From: Victivallaceae bacterium
GTDB taxonomy: Bacteria; Verrucomicrobiota; Lentisphaeria; Victivallales; Victivallaceae
NCBI GenBank assembly: GCA_018400135.1
Contig: JAGYNC010000001.1
Coordinates: 1-48,012, forward strand
DNA length: 48,012 nucleotides
Direction: 5' to 3'
Made by a program: the position numbers and the translations under genes. Each line of letters begins with the position of its first letter. The first letter of the stretch is position 1. Shown in pieces: positions 36,194-44,897 of the stretch. The notes under the pieces were generated by a model. That model did not search any database. It was not told the DNA's origin and worked only from the letters and a program-made list of their open reading frames with translations.

Positions 36194-36297
36194 GTAACCC
36201 CTCACTCTTTCCTTTGGATCGGGGTCAATACTACACAGCCTCATCGTTCCTCCTCGGGTGTCGTAGCCTCGACCCCACCCAAAGAGTGAGGCATTAC
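36194..36297 (+). repeat. Family-A MITE-like repeat, copy A4 (intact)
   Basis: GTAACCCCTCACTCTTT...AAAGAGTGAGGCATTAC, flanked by GATTATTT and AATTATTT (7/8 identical). Confidence 0.85.
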
Positions 36298-36398
36298 AAT
36301 TATTTTGTGCTAATTTAACGATTGACGTACAATACTTAGAATTTATCACTTTATTGTGGTAAAATCAATCGGAGTATTGGAGTAGTCTGCAAAATCTG

Positions 36399-36500
36399 GC
36401 AACACCTCACTCTTTTTCTACTCGTTGCCCGCTTTCATCGCCGTTCTCCTGAACCGATATGATAGTCCCCCCGACAAATCAGGATTGAGTGAGGCGCTAC
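36399..36500 (+). repeat. Family-B MITE-like repeat, copy B2 (intact)
   Basis: GCAACACCTCACTCTTTTTCTAC...GATTGAGTGAGGCGCTAC, flanked by AAAATCTG and GAAATCTT (6/8 identical). Confidence 0.8.
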
Positions 36501-36611
36501 GAAATCTTAATTTTATCCGTCTTATTTTGTAAATTTGATTTGAAGCAACGGCAATTTCGGGATAAACTATCTGAAGTATAAATCAAAACAAAAAATTACA
36601 AAGGAGATATC

Positions 36612-37589
36612 ATGGCTGTCTGTTATCGCGACCTGGGATTGGTCAATACTCGTGAAATGTTCGCCAAGGCAATGGAAGGCAAATACGCTATCCCCGCCTA
36701 CAACTTCAACAACATGGAACAACTGCAAGCGATTATTTCGGCTTGTGTTGAAACTGAATCACCGGTAATTTTGCAAATATCCAAAGGTGCTCGTGAGTAT
36801 GCCAATCAAACGCTTTTGCGTTATATGGCACAGGGCGCGGTGGAATACGCCAAAGAACTCAGTGGCGGCAATGCTATTCCGATCGCTGTGCATTTGGATC
36901 ATGGTCCTGATTTTGATGTCTGCAAGAGTTGCATTGATTTCGGATTTTCATCAGTAATGATTGACGGTTCTCATCTGTCTTTCGATAAGAATATTGAAGA
37001 GACCCGCAAGGTGGTTGAGTACGCGCATCAGCATGATGTAACAGTCGAAGGCGAACTGGGAGTACTGGCCGGAAAGGAAGATGATGTTGAAGCTGAAGAA
37101 CACATCTACACCCAGCCGGATGAAGTAGAAGAGTTTGTTAAACGCACCGGTGTTGACAGCCTGGCGATTGCCATCGGCACGTCTCATGGAGCTTTCAAAT
37201 TTAAACCCGGAACAGATCCAAAAATCCGACTTGACATACTCGCCGAGATTGAAAGACGTATTCCCGGCTTCACCATTGTTCTACATGGCTCGTCTTCAGT
37301 GCCGGCAGAGCTGGTTGCCATTATCAATCAATATGGCGGCAAGTTGAAAGACGCTATCGGTATTGGCGAAGACCAACTACGTAAAGCAGCTAAATCAGCA
37401 GTGTGCAAAATCAATATTGATTCCGATGGACGCCTGGCCATGACGGCCGCAATTCGCAGGGTGCTTGCAGAGAAACCGGCGGAGTTTGATCCGCGAAAAT
37501 ATCTCGGTCCGGCCCGCGAGGCGCTGAAAGAACTTTATATGCATAAGAATGTCAAAGTCCTCGGTTCTGCCGGCCATGCCTTCGATTGA
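36612..37589 (+). CDS. fba: Class II fructose-1,6-bisphosphate aldolase
   Basis: VHLDHG, GTSHGAFKF and LHGSSSVP motifs, with RBS AAAGGAG. Confidence 0.92.
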   Translation: MAVCYRDLGLVNTREMFAKAMEGKYAIPAYNFNNMEQLQAIISACVETESPVILQISKGAREYANQTLLRYMAQGAVEYAKELSGGNAIPIAVHLDHGPDFDVCKSCIDFGFSSVMIDGSHLSFDKNIEETRKVVEYAHQHDVTVEGELGVLAGKEDDVEAEEHIYTQPDEVEEFVKRTGVDSLAIAIGTSHGAFKFKPGTDPKIRLDILAEIERRIPGFTIVLHGSSSVPAELVAIINQYGGKLKDAIGIGEDQLRKAAKSAVCKINIDSDGRLAMTAAIRRVLAEKPAEFDPRKYLGPAREALKELYMHKNVKVLGSAGHAFD

Positions 37590-37748
37590 TTAGACTGAGC
37601 AAATATGGGATAATTTCATAGTGAGTTATTCCTGAATCGAAGTGTATATAGCGCCTGGTGAAATCAGCCACCGGCTATACTAGTCATTTTATAGGTAAAA
37701 ACACAACTCCCGAGCCTCCGGGAGTCAATCATATTCAGGAGGAGCCTG

Positions 37749-38948
37749 ATGTCCGAAATCAACGTTGCAGCCGTGGGATGTTCCTTAGCCGACTATCTTT
37801 ATACTGACATCGACTTTAATAGTGATGTTTTTCGTAAGTATCAATCACGGGTTGAGGGCGACGGGGGATTGAGTCCCGGGCATTTGGTATTCGCCGGAGA
37901 TTTAGCAAAGTTTGCCGACTCCGATTTCCAAACTATTATTAACGAGATCACCGGGGGGAAACCATTTACCGCATTTAATCTCGGCGGGCCGGCTATTGTT
38001 GCTCTGATCAACGCTGCCCAGTTGTTGCATGGAGCTCCTGTTAAATTTAGTTTTTTTGGAGCACTTGGACGGGATGCCACAGCAGGCCGAATGTTGGAAA
38101 TTATACAGCGCACTCCTGTGCGCATCGAGCATTATCAGAAAGTTTCCGGAGAATCCCCTTGTACCGATGTGCTTTCCGACCCTAATTACGCCAATGGTAA
38201 AGGAGAAAGGACTTTTATCAATAATATCGGCGCCTGCTGGAACTATACCCCGGATATGTTGGACAAAAGTTTTTTTGATGCCGACATCCTGTTTTTCGGA
38301 GCAACTGCCCTGACCCCGGGCATTCATGATCATCTCACCGCGCTTTTAGCTCGGGGCAAGGCTGTTGACACTATCAATATTGTAACTACAGTATTTGACT
38401 TTCGCAATGAAAAAGACCATCCCGGTCGCCCGTGGCCGCTGGGGGAAAGTAATGATTCATTTAGAATGATTGATCTGTTGGTAATGGATTGGGACGAGGC
38501 ACTGAAAATCAGCGGCAAAAACCATTTCGATGATGCATTCAAATTCTTTATTGACCAAGGTGTTAAGACTCTCATAGTTACACATGGAGCCCATGATTTT
38601 TACGCCTGGTCCAGTGGCAAACTATTTGAACCGCTGGAAATGACTGCCTATCCGGTATGCGCACTGGCCGATCAAATAATGCTGGAAAATCCCGCGTCCC
38701 GCGGTGATACAACTGGTTGTGGCGACAATTTTGCCGGCGGGGTACTGGCATCGGTTGCAGCCCAAATCGCCGCCGGCAAAAAGCCCGGAGAACTAAAAAT
38801 GATTGATGCTTGCGCGCGTGGTGCAGCATCAGGCGGCTTCGCCTGTTTTTCTATAGGTGGAGTTTATCGCGAACCATCACCGGGGGATAAGCAAGCACAA
38901 ATTGAACGTTTTTATCAATCTTATTTGGAACAACTTGGACAGAGTTAA
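37749..38948 (+). CDS. PfkB-family carbohydrate/nucleoside kinase (long form, 399 aa)
   Basis: C-terminal DTTGCGDNFAGG PfkB signature and RBS AGGAGG. Confidence 0.8.
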   Translation: MSEINVAAVGCSLADYLYTDIDFNSDVFRKYQSRVEGDGGLSPGHLVFAGDLAKFADSDFQTIINEITGGKPFTAFNLGGPAIVALINAAQLLHGAPVKFSFFGALGRDATAGRMLEIIQRTPVRIEHYQKVSGESPCTDVLSDPNYANGKGERTFINNIGACWNYTPDMLDKSFFDADILFFGATALTPGIHDHLTALLARGKAVDTINIVTTVFDFRNEKDHPGRPWPLGESNDSFRMIDLLVMDWDEALKISGKNHFDDAFKFFIDQGVKTLIVTHGAHDFYAWSSGKLFEPLEMTAYPVCALADQIMLENPASRGDTTGCGDNFAGGVLASVAAQIAAGKKPGELKMIDACARGAASGGFACFSIGGVYREPSPGDKQAQIERFYQSYLEQLGQS

Positions 38949-38954
38949 CCCACG

Positions 38955-39596
38955 ATGAATCCTCGTTTTCACAAAGACGTAATCGCCAAAGTTAAACAGC
39001 GCATTCAGAAAATCAGCCAGGGTCGGCTGCGCCGACCGGGGGTGGCAGACAGTTTGGTCAAAATGAATATACCCCCCTTGGCCGGACGTCGTGACGCTAT
39101 CTATCTTCAGGCAGAAAAAATTCTCACAGAAGAATTGTCCGTCAGTTCGCCGCAGGAATGCGAAAAACATTACGGTCTGGCGTTGCAACTATTGGATAGC
39201 GCGATTAAAGATTCAATGACCATACTGGGCGCTATGCCCGCAGAAGAGGCGTTTGAAGCGCGGGAACAGGAGATTGCCGGTTTTTTGCGACTGCTGCGTA
39301 ACATCGTTCAAGCAATATTAGATACCTTGAATTTTTGCTCCCCCCCGCATCGCCGACAAGAGGAATCAGCAACAATGACTGAACGCTCAAAATCACCACA
39401 GCTTGTTTTTCCTGACTTTTCAAAAAATGTTGAGAATAATGCCGGGCAAATTGAAGAATTATTGAAAAAGTCACATGAACAGCTTGCCGAATATCGCAAT
39501 TTAACCGTAAAAAGTTTTGATCGAAACGGTATAGAGCGCTATCAAGCGGCGTTCAAGTCTTATTCGAAAATCTCTGATAATGCCAATCCGGACTAG
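38955..39596 (+). CDS. Hypothetical protein
   Basis: This ORF starts 6 nt after the kinase stop. I recognise no motif. Confidence 0.5.
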   Translation: MNPRFHKDVIAKVKQRIQKISQGRLRRPGVADSLVKMNIPPLAGRRDAIYLQAEKILTEELSVSSPQECEKHYGLALQLLDSAIKDSMTILGAMPAEEAFEAREQEIAGFLRLLRNIVQAILDTLNFCSPPHRRQEESATMTERSKSPQLVFPDFSKNVENNAGQIEELLKKSHEQLAEYRNLTVKSFDRNGIERYQAAFKSYSKISDNANPD

Positions 39597-39654
39597 CCAT
39601 TCCCTGGTGAAAAAGATGATGGGAATCAAGAAAACTTTGTAAAAATAACGATAT

Positions 39655-40674
39655 TTACCGTTGCTCAAAGTTTATCCGCGGATCAACCAGAACGTAGAGC
39701 AGGTCAGAAAACAAGATACCAATCAGTGACAGCACTCCTGAAATGCAAAACAATGCCATTTGCAGCGGATAATCACGGCTGCTTAACGAAAGCAGGGCAA
39801 GTGACCCCATGCCATTAATATTGAAAATATGTTCAACTATAATACTTCCCGCAATCAAACCTGGAATCAAGCCGGCAAAAAGAGTAATGAGTGGCAGCAT
39901 ACCGTTGCGTAACGCATGTTTGAAAATTACCAGAAATTCCGATGCTCCCTTGGCGCGTGCCGTATAAATGTAGTCCTGGTTGATTATTTCCAACATGCCG
40001 GAACGGGCGAAACGCGAGATTACCGCAAACCCGCCATAGGAAAGACAAATAACCGGTAAAATATAGTGTTTGGCGGTTGCAGCGAGCAGCTGCCATGAGG
40101 TCATATCTCCGGTATTGGCTGGAACAACCCCCTTAAGAGGAAACAATGGCCATTTTCCACCTTCACAAAACCCGGCCTGCAACAGAAGAGCCACCCAAAT
40201 CACCGGCAGAGAATATAGCAAAAACAAGAGAAAGGTAATATAGCGATCGAATCGTCCATTCGGTTTGAGCGCGGCAAAAATTCCCAGAGGAATAGCAAGT
40301 AGATATGTGATCATAATTGCCAGCAAATTGATGGTCAGAGTTACCGGCAGGCGTTCCATAATCATGGCGGCTACCGGCCTGCCGGGATCAATTGATGCCG
40401 ACTCGCCGAAATCACCATGATACACGACGGCTTTCAACCAGTAAAAAAAACCGACATGAATCGGTTCATCAAGATGCAACTTGCGCCGTAACGAAATATT
40501 TTCAGAAAATTCATTTTTTTCAGCTGACAAGCCGGTTCCCGGAGTTTCCCCGCCCAACATGTGACTGCGGGTTGGATCCCCGGGCGCCAACCGCAACAAC
40601 CCATAACTGGCCGCCGTAATAACCAGCAGAATAAATATTGCCAGCACAATTCTCTTTATTAAATATTGCAACAT
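39655..40674 (-). CDS. ABC transporter permease, OppB/DppB family (no partner genes nearby)
   Basis: N-terminus MLQYLIKRIVLAIFILLVITAASYGLLRLAPGDP and the EAA-loop region YIYTARAKGASE. Confidence 0.8.
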   Translation of the reverse strand: MLQYLIKRIVLAIFILLVITAASYGLLRLAPGDPTRSHMLGGETPGTGLSAEKNEFSENISLRRKLHLDEPIHVGFFYWLKAVVYHGDFGESASIDPGRPVAAMIMERLPVTLTINLLAIMITYLLAIPLGIFAALKPNGRFDRYITFLLFLLYSLPVIWVALLLQAGFCEGGKWPLFPLKGVVPANTGDMTSWQLLAATAKHYILPVICLSYGGFAVISRFARSGMLEIINQDYIYTARAKGASEFLVIFKHALRNGMLPLITLFAGLIPGLIAGSIIVEHIFNINGMGSLALLSLSSRDYPLQMALFCISGVLSLIGILFSDLLYVLVDPRINFEQR

Positions 40675-40914
40675 TACAAGTCCGAATAGCTTTTTGGTTA
40701 TCAGGTATTTCAATCGGAGTAGTACACGAGACTAATATAAATGTTTTCCGTAACGCGGCAAATTATATCGATAGATTATCGCCATATTTGAAGTTTTCAG
40801 ATTATGCATTAATTTTAGTTGCACGGCGTCTTTCAGCGCGGTTGCTTACGGATAGCCCGATTTTATCACGAATTCAGGTAGAACATAATAACGCTACCAA
40901 CAGGAGAATATCTG

Positions 40915-41253
40915 ATGTTTACTGAAAAAATTACCTCAATAGAAAAAAAAATAGAACAAACACCAGCAATAGACCAACCCGCAAAAGATGAATTGCTTGA
41001 GCTGTTGGACAACCTGAATGAAGAACTGTCAAAACTTGAAGATAACTCCACCAATATGGGACACAGTCAGGAAATTGTCGGGAAAGCCAGCCGATTCGCC
41101 GAACAGGCTATTGCCGATCCCGGCGCAACGCAGGAAATAGAACAATCAATCAATGAATTGAAAGGATCTGTTGCTGATTTTGAAGCATCGCACCCGAAGT
41201 TGGTACAAATCATCAATCGGGTTTGTGTTATGCTTTCAGATATCGGCATTTAG
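40915..41253 (+). CDS. Small acidic coiled-coil protein, unknown function
   Basis: ORF with RBS-like AGGAGAA. I cannot assign a family with certainty. Confidence 0.5.
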   Translation: MFTEKITSIEKKIEQTPAIDQPAKDELLELLDNLNEELSKLEDNSTNMGHSQEIVGKASRFAEQAIADPGATQEIEQSINELKGSVADFEASHPKLVQIINRVCVMLSDIGI

Positions 41254-41374
41254 CCGTTCGAGTCGCGGCCGTCTCCCTTCCCGTTGCGGTAAAATCGTTG
41301 ATTTTACCCGTTGTAGTGATACATTTATCGATGTTTTTAATCCCGCCCCCCTGTTGAACAATGGAAATATATAG

Positions 41375-42730
41375 ATGAAATCAAAAAAACTTTTCGGCAC
41401 CGACGGCATAAGAGGAAAAGCCAACTCACATCCTATTACCGCCGAACTTGCGTTATTATTGGGAAAAGCTACCGCGCTTACTTTCGGCGCACGCGGTCGA
41501 GGTTCACATAAAGCCGTGCTCGGTAAGGATACCCGTCTTTCCGGTTACATGCTGGAAACCGCCATCACCAGTGGCATGCTCAGCATGGGGATGGATGTCC
41601 TCGAAGTGGGGCCAATGCCTACTCCGGCAGTGGCGCATCTGACAAAATCAATGGGAGCATCATGCGGTATTATGATAACAGCCTCCCATAACCCGGCTGA
41701 AGATAACGGAATTAAAATTTTCGGCGGAAACGGTTTCAAGTTGCCGGATCAAACCGAACAGGAAATAGAGGCACAAATCGCCAGTGGCAGGATAAATTCC
41801 GAACATATCAATAATGATCAGATTGGCAAGGCATATCGCATTGATGATGCGCGTGGAAGATATATTGAGTTCGCAAAAAGTTCAATCGACAATCAAAGTC
41901 TAAAAGGACTCAAAATTGTTCTCGACTGTGCCAATGGGGCAGCGTATTCTATTGCACCACTCATTTTCCGCGAACTTGGTGCAGAAGTTATAGAGACAGC
42001 CGTCACCCCCGACGGTAGAAATATCAATGCTAAATGTGGCGCTACCTGTACTGCCCATGCCGGCAAGTTGGTGCGCGAAAATAACGCCGACGTCGGAGTT
42101 TCGCTTGATGGTGATGCCGATCGGGTAATTTTCTGCGATGCTTCCGGCAAGGAAGTTAACGGCGATCGGATTATCGGCATGGTGGCTCTGGACTATTTGG
42201 AACGTGATAAACTCAATGACAAAACTATTGTTGTTACCAGTATGAGCAACCTCGGTCTTTTGCGGGCAATGCATAAGGTTGGCATTAAAGTTATCACCAC
42301 TGATGTCGGCGACCGGTATGTGATCGAGCAACTACGTCAAAATCGACTTAATCTTGGCGGAGAGCAATCCGGGCACATTATTTTCATGGATTATGTTACG
42401 ACCGGAGATGGTATTATTACCGCGTTACATGTGCTGCAGCTAATGTTACGCAAACAGCGCACTCTCCGGCAACTTGCGGACTTCATGAAAGTTTTCCCGC
42501 AACATTTGGAAAGCATCAGGGTTAGAGAGAAAATCCCGGTTGACGATGTTCCTGAACTGAAAAAAACTATCAATAACTGCGAAAACACGCTGGGTGAGAA
42601 AGGTCGTAATATCGTTCGTTATTCCGGCACGGAAAATAAAATCAGGATATTAGTCGAGGCCGAATTGCAACATGATGTCGATTATTGGACTGGCCAATTG
42701 GGCGAGGTAGTACGCCGAAATTTGTCGTAA
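41375..42730 (+). CDS. glmM: Phosphoglucosamine mutase
   Basis: Active-site ITASHNPAEDNGIKIF, the metal-binding site SLDGDADR and the GEQSGH sugar-binding loop. Confidence 0.93.
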   Translation: MKSKKLFGTDGIRGKANSHPITAELALLLGKATALTFGARGRGSHKAVLGKDTRLSGYMLETAITSGMLSMGMDVLEVGPMPTPAVAHLTKSMGASCGIMITASHNPAEDNGIKIFGGNGFKLPDQTEQEIEAQIASGRINSEHINNDQIGKAYRIDDARGRYIEFAKSSIDNQSLKGLKIVLDCANGAAYSIAPLIFRELGAEVIETAVTPDGRNINAKCGATCTAHAGKLVRENNADVGVSLDGDADRVIFCDASGKEVNGDRIIGMVALDYLERDKLNDKTIVVTSMSNLGLLRAMHKVGIKVITTDVGDRYVIEQLRQNRLNLGGEQSGHIIFMDYVTTGDGIITALHVLQLMLRKQRTLRQLADFMKVFPQHLESIRVREKIPVDDVPELKKTINNCENTLGEKGRNIVRYSGTENKIRILVEAELQHDVDYWTGQLGEVVRRNLS

Positions 42731-42772
42731 ATCTCTAATTCCACTATTATTGACCACCAGGGAGCGGACACA

Positions 42773-43681
42773 ATGCGGGTAAAAATTATTGACGTTGACC
42801 CAAAACCGGAAATGGAGCCTCTAACCTGTAATCGCAAATTACATCATATCCCTGTTGCCGGAGAGACTATCGCTGAGAGGTTAATTTCACTATTCGAAGC
42901 CGGAAATGAAGATTGTACCTTAACCATCCGAGCGGATTTCTGGCCGTCGAATCAACTAATTGCTAAATTGTTTGAAGCAGAGAACGGAGTAATAATTCGC
43001 GACCATGAGCAACAAACGGTTGCAACCCTAAGTTTCGACTGTGCACCTGACAGCAAGACTGAAATAATAACCTTGGACAAACATTTCCAATTGCTGCGTT
43101 ATCCCTGGCAAATACTGGAACTTAACGAACAGCTGACTGGTAATATCAAAGAAAGTAAAATTCAGGGTAAGGTGCGGGAAAACGTTGCTATTGACGGCAT
43201 AGTTTGGCTGGGGCAAGGGACAATAATATTACCGGGAGTATTCATCGAAGGCAATGTTATAATCGGCGAAAACTGCAAAATTGGACCCAATTGTTATTTG
43301 CGGGGGAATACCAGCATCGGCGATAATTGCCACATCGGACAGGCCGTGGAAATCAAAAATAGTTTACTGATGGACCATGTCAGTGTAGGTCATCTGAGTT
43401 ATCTTGGAGATTCCATTATTTGTCCTGGCGTTAACTTGGGAGCGGGTACTATTAGCGCGAATTTACGTCACGACGGTCACAATCATCGCTCACAGATAGG
43501 AAACTTTCTAGTAGATACCGGAAGACGAAAATTCGGCGTTGTCCTTGGAGACCAGGTTCATACCGGCATTAATACCAGCCTTTATCCCGGTAGAAAGATG
43601 TGGCCGGGCACATCAACCCGGCCCGGAGAAAGCGTTGATAGCGACAAACGTCATCCAGACACGAATTCAGGATGCTGTTAA
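42773..43681 (+). CDS. GlmU-like protein: degenerate nucleotidyltransferase-like N-domain plus a left-handed beta-helix (hexapeptide repeats)
   Basis: Hexapeptide repeats run through IIGENCKIGPNCYLRGNTSIGDNCHIGQAVEIKNS. The N-terminus lacks the LAAGxGTR loop. The gene directly follows glmM. Confidence 0.65.
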   Translation: MRVKIIDVDPKPEMEPLTCNRKLHHIPVAGETIAERLISLFEAGNEDCTLTIRADFWPSNQLIAKLFEAENGVIIRDHEQQTVATLSFDCAPDSKTEIITLDKHFQLLRYPWQILELNEQLTGNIKESKIQGKVRENVAIDGIVWLGQGTIILPGVFIEGNVIIGENCKIGPNCYLRGNTSIGDNCHIGQAVEIKNSLLMDHVSVGHLSYLGDSIICPGVNLGAGTISANLRHDGHNHRSQIGNFLVDTGRRKFGVVLGDQVHTGINTSLYPGRKMWPGTSTRPGESVDSDKRHPDTNSGCC

Positions 43682-44046
43682 TGGATTCTCCAATGGACAA
43701 AATTTTTATCAGAAATTTAAAAGCAGAAACCATTATCGGTACACTTCCGTCAGAACGCCTGGAAGCACAAACTGTGCTGATTAATATTGAGTTGGAACTC
43801 AACCTTGCCGCTGCCGGGAAAAGTGATTCTCTCAATGATACAGTTGATTATGCTGCCTTGGAAAAATCAGTCATTGAAGCGGTACGAAAGGCCAAATTTT
43901 ATCTGCTGGAACGCCTGGCCGGGGAGGTCGCTGCCGTGTGCCTCAGGTTCAGTCGAATTGTTCGGGTAATTGTGACGGTTGACAAACCCGGCGCACTGAA
44001 GTATTCAAACAGCGTAGCTGTGCGGATCGAACGCTCCAGACACTGA
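43672..44046 (+). CDS. folB: Dihydroneopterin aldolase
   Basis: DKIFIRNL...IIGTLPSER...VDYAALEKSV is the typical FolB pattern. Alternative starts are 43681 (TAATG overlap) and 43693. Confidence 0.8.
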   Translation: MLLMDSPMDKIFIRNLKAETIIGTLPSERLEAQTVLINIELELNLAAAGKSDSLNDTVDYAALEKSVIEAVRKAKFYLLERLAGEVAAVCLRFSRIVRVIVTVDKPGALKYSNSVAVRIERSRH

Positions 44047-44208
44047 CAAACCAGGGATGTTGAAGCAACTACCAGGCCAAAAAGTAATGCAATGCGGTGA
44101 AGTTCTGCCTTGCAGAATATAATGCGAGCGAGCCTCATAATCGAGGGCTGTATGAAAACAATTGAACGGAGTATTATAGCACACATAATTTCGTAACAAA
44201 TAAAATAG

Positions 44209-44232
44209 CTGGTGCGCGGCATGGCGCACCAG
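44209..44232. other. GC-rich hairpin CTGGTGCGC-GGCATG-GCGCACCAG
   Basis: A 9-bp perfect stem, with an A-rich tract on the plus-strand 5' side (a T-run if read on the minus strand). Confidence 0.6.
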
Positions 44233-44257
44233 TGATCTATAAAAAAGGAGGAATCGA

Positions 44258-44800
44258 ATGGAACGACGCCCCATCACCACCAGCGAATTCAAAACCGATA
44301 TTTTCGACACTTTTCTCAAGGATTGGATGTTGTTGACCGCCGGTGATTTTCAGTCCGGCCGTTTCAATCAGATGACCATTGCTTGGGGATTTATGGGCGG
44401 CATGTGGTTCAAGCCCGCAGTTATGGTGGTTGTAAGACCGCAACGGCATACTTTGCAATTCATGGATAAATACGACGATTTCACTATTTGCGCTTTCCCG
44501 GAAAGCAAAAAAGAAGTGCTCTCATTTTGCGGTTCGCATTCCGGCAAAGAGCTGAACAAAACACAAGAGTGCGGCTTGACACCGATTCCCGGCGAGAAAA
44601 GTAACGCGCCCGGTTATGAAGAGGCCACGTTGATTATTGAATGTCGCAAGCTTTACCGCGATCAATACAAAGCCAAAAACTTTTTGGAAAAATCTATCCT
44701 TGACAGTTGCTATCCGGAACGGGATCTTCACTACATGTTTGTTGGAGAAATTATGCATATTTCCGGCATTGACAAGTACCGCAGGAAAAGCTTTTCCTAA
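44258..44800 (+). CDS. Flavin reductase-like (FMN-binding split-barrel) protein
   Basis: RBS AAGGAGG. The N-terminal pattern LLTAGD...NQMTIAWG is typical of flavin reductase-like domain proteins. Confidence 0.65.
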   Translation: MERRPITTSEFKTDIFDTFLKDWMLLTAGDFQSGRFNQMTIAWGFMGGMWFKPAVMVVVRPQRHTLQFMDKYDDFTICAFPESKKEVLSFCGSHSGKELNKTQECGLTPIPGEKSNAPGYEEATLIIECRKLYRDQYKAKNFLEKSILDSCYPERDLHYMFVGEIMHISGIDKYRRKSFS

Positions 44801-44825
44801 ACCTGTATCTGTGAGAAGTTCAGTG

Positions 44826-44897
44826 GTAATCGCTCACTCTTTGGGCGTCGAGGCTGCGACACCCGAGGAGGAACGATTGGTGCTCTGTAAAGTCAAT
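44826..44897 (-). repeat. Family-A repeat, copy A5 (decayed; inverted orientation)
   Basis: GTAATCGCTCACTCTTTGGGCGTCGAGGCTGCGACACCCGAGGAGGAACGA matches the reverse-complement A consensus with a 3-nt deletion. The remainder is degenerate. Confidence 0.65.

Noticed and set aside
36008-36289. A 93-aa plus-strand ORF. Similar ORFs occur at 47594-47968, 12485-12733 and 44637-44921, sharing peptides such as PHSFLW(F/I)GVNTTQP(R/H)RSSSGVVAS.
   Set aside because: The shared peptide is just the family-A repeat translated. These ORFs overlap real genes or intergenic repeats, lack an RBS, and their similarity is at the nucleotide level, including non-coding flanks.
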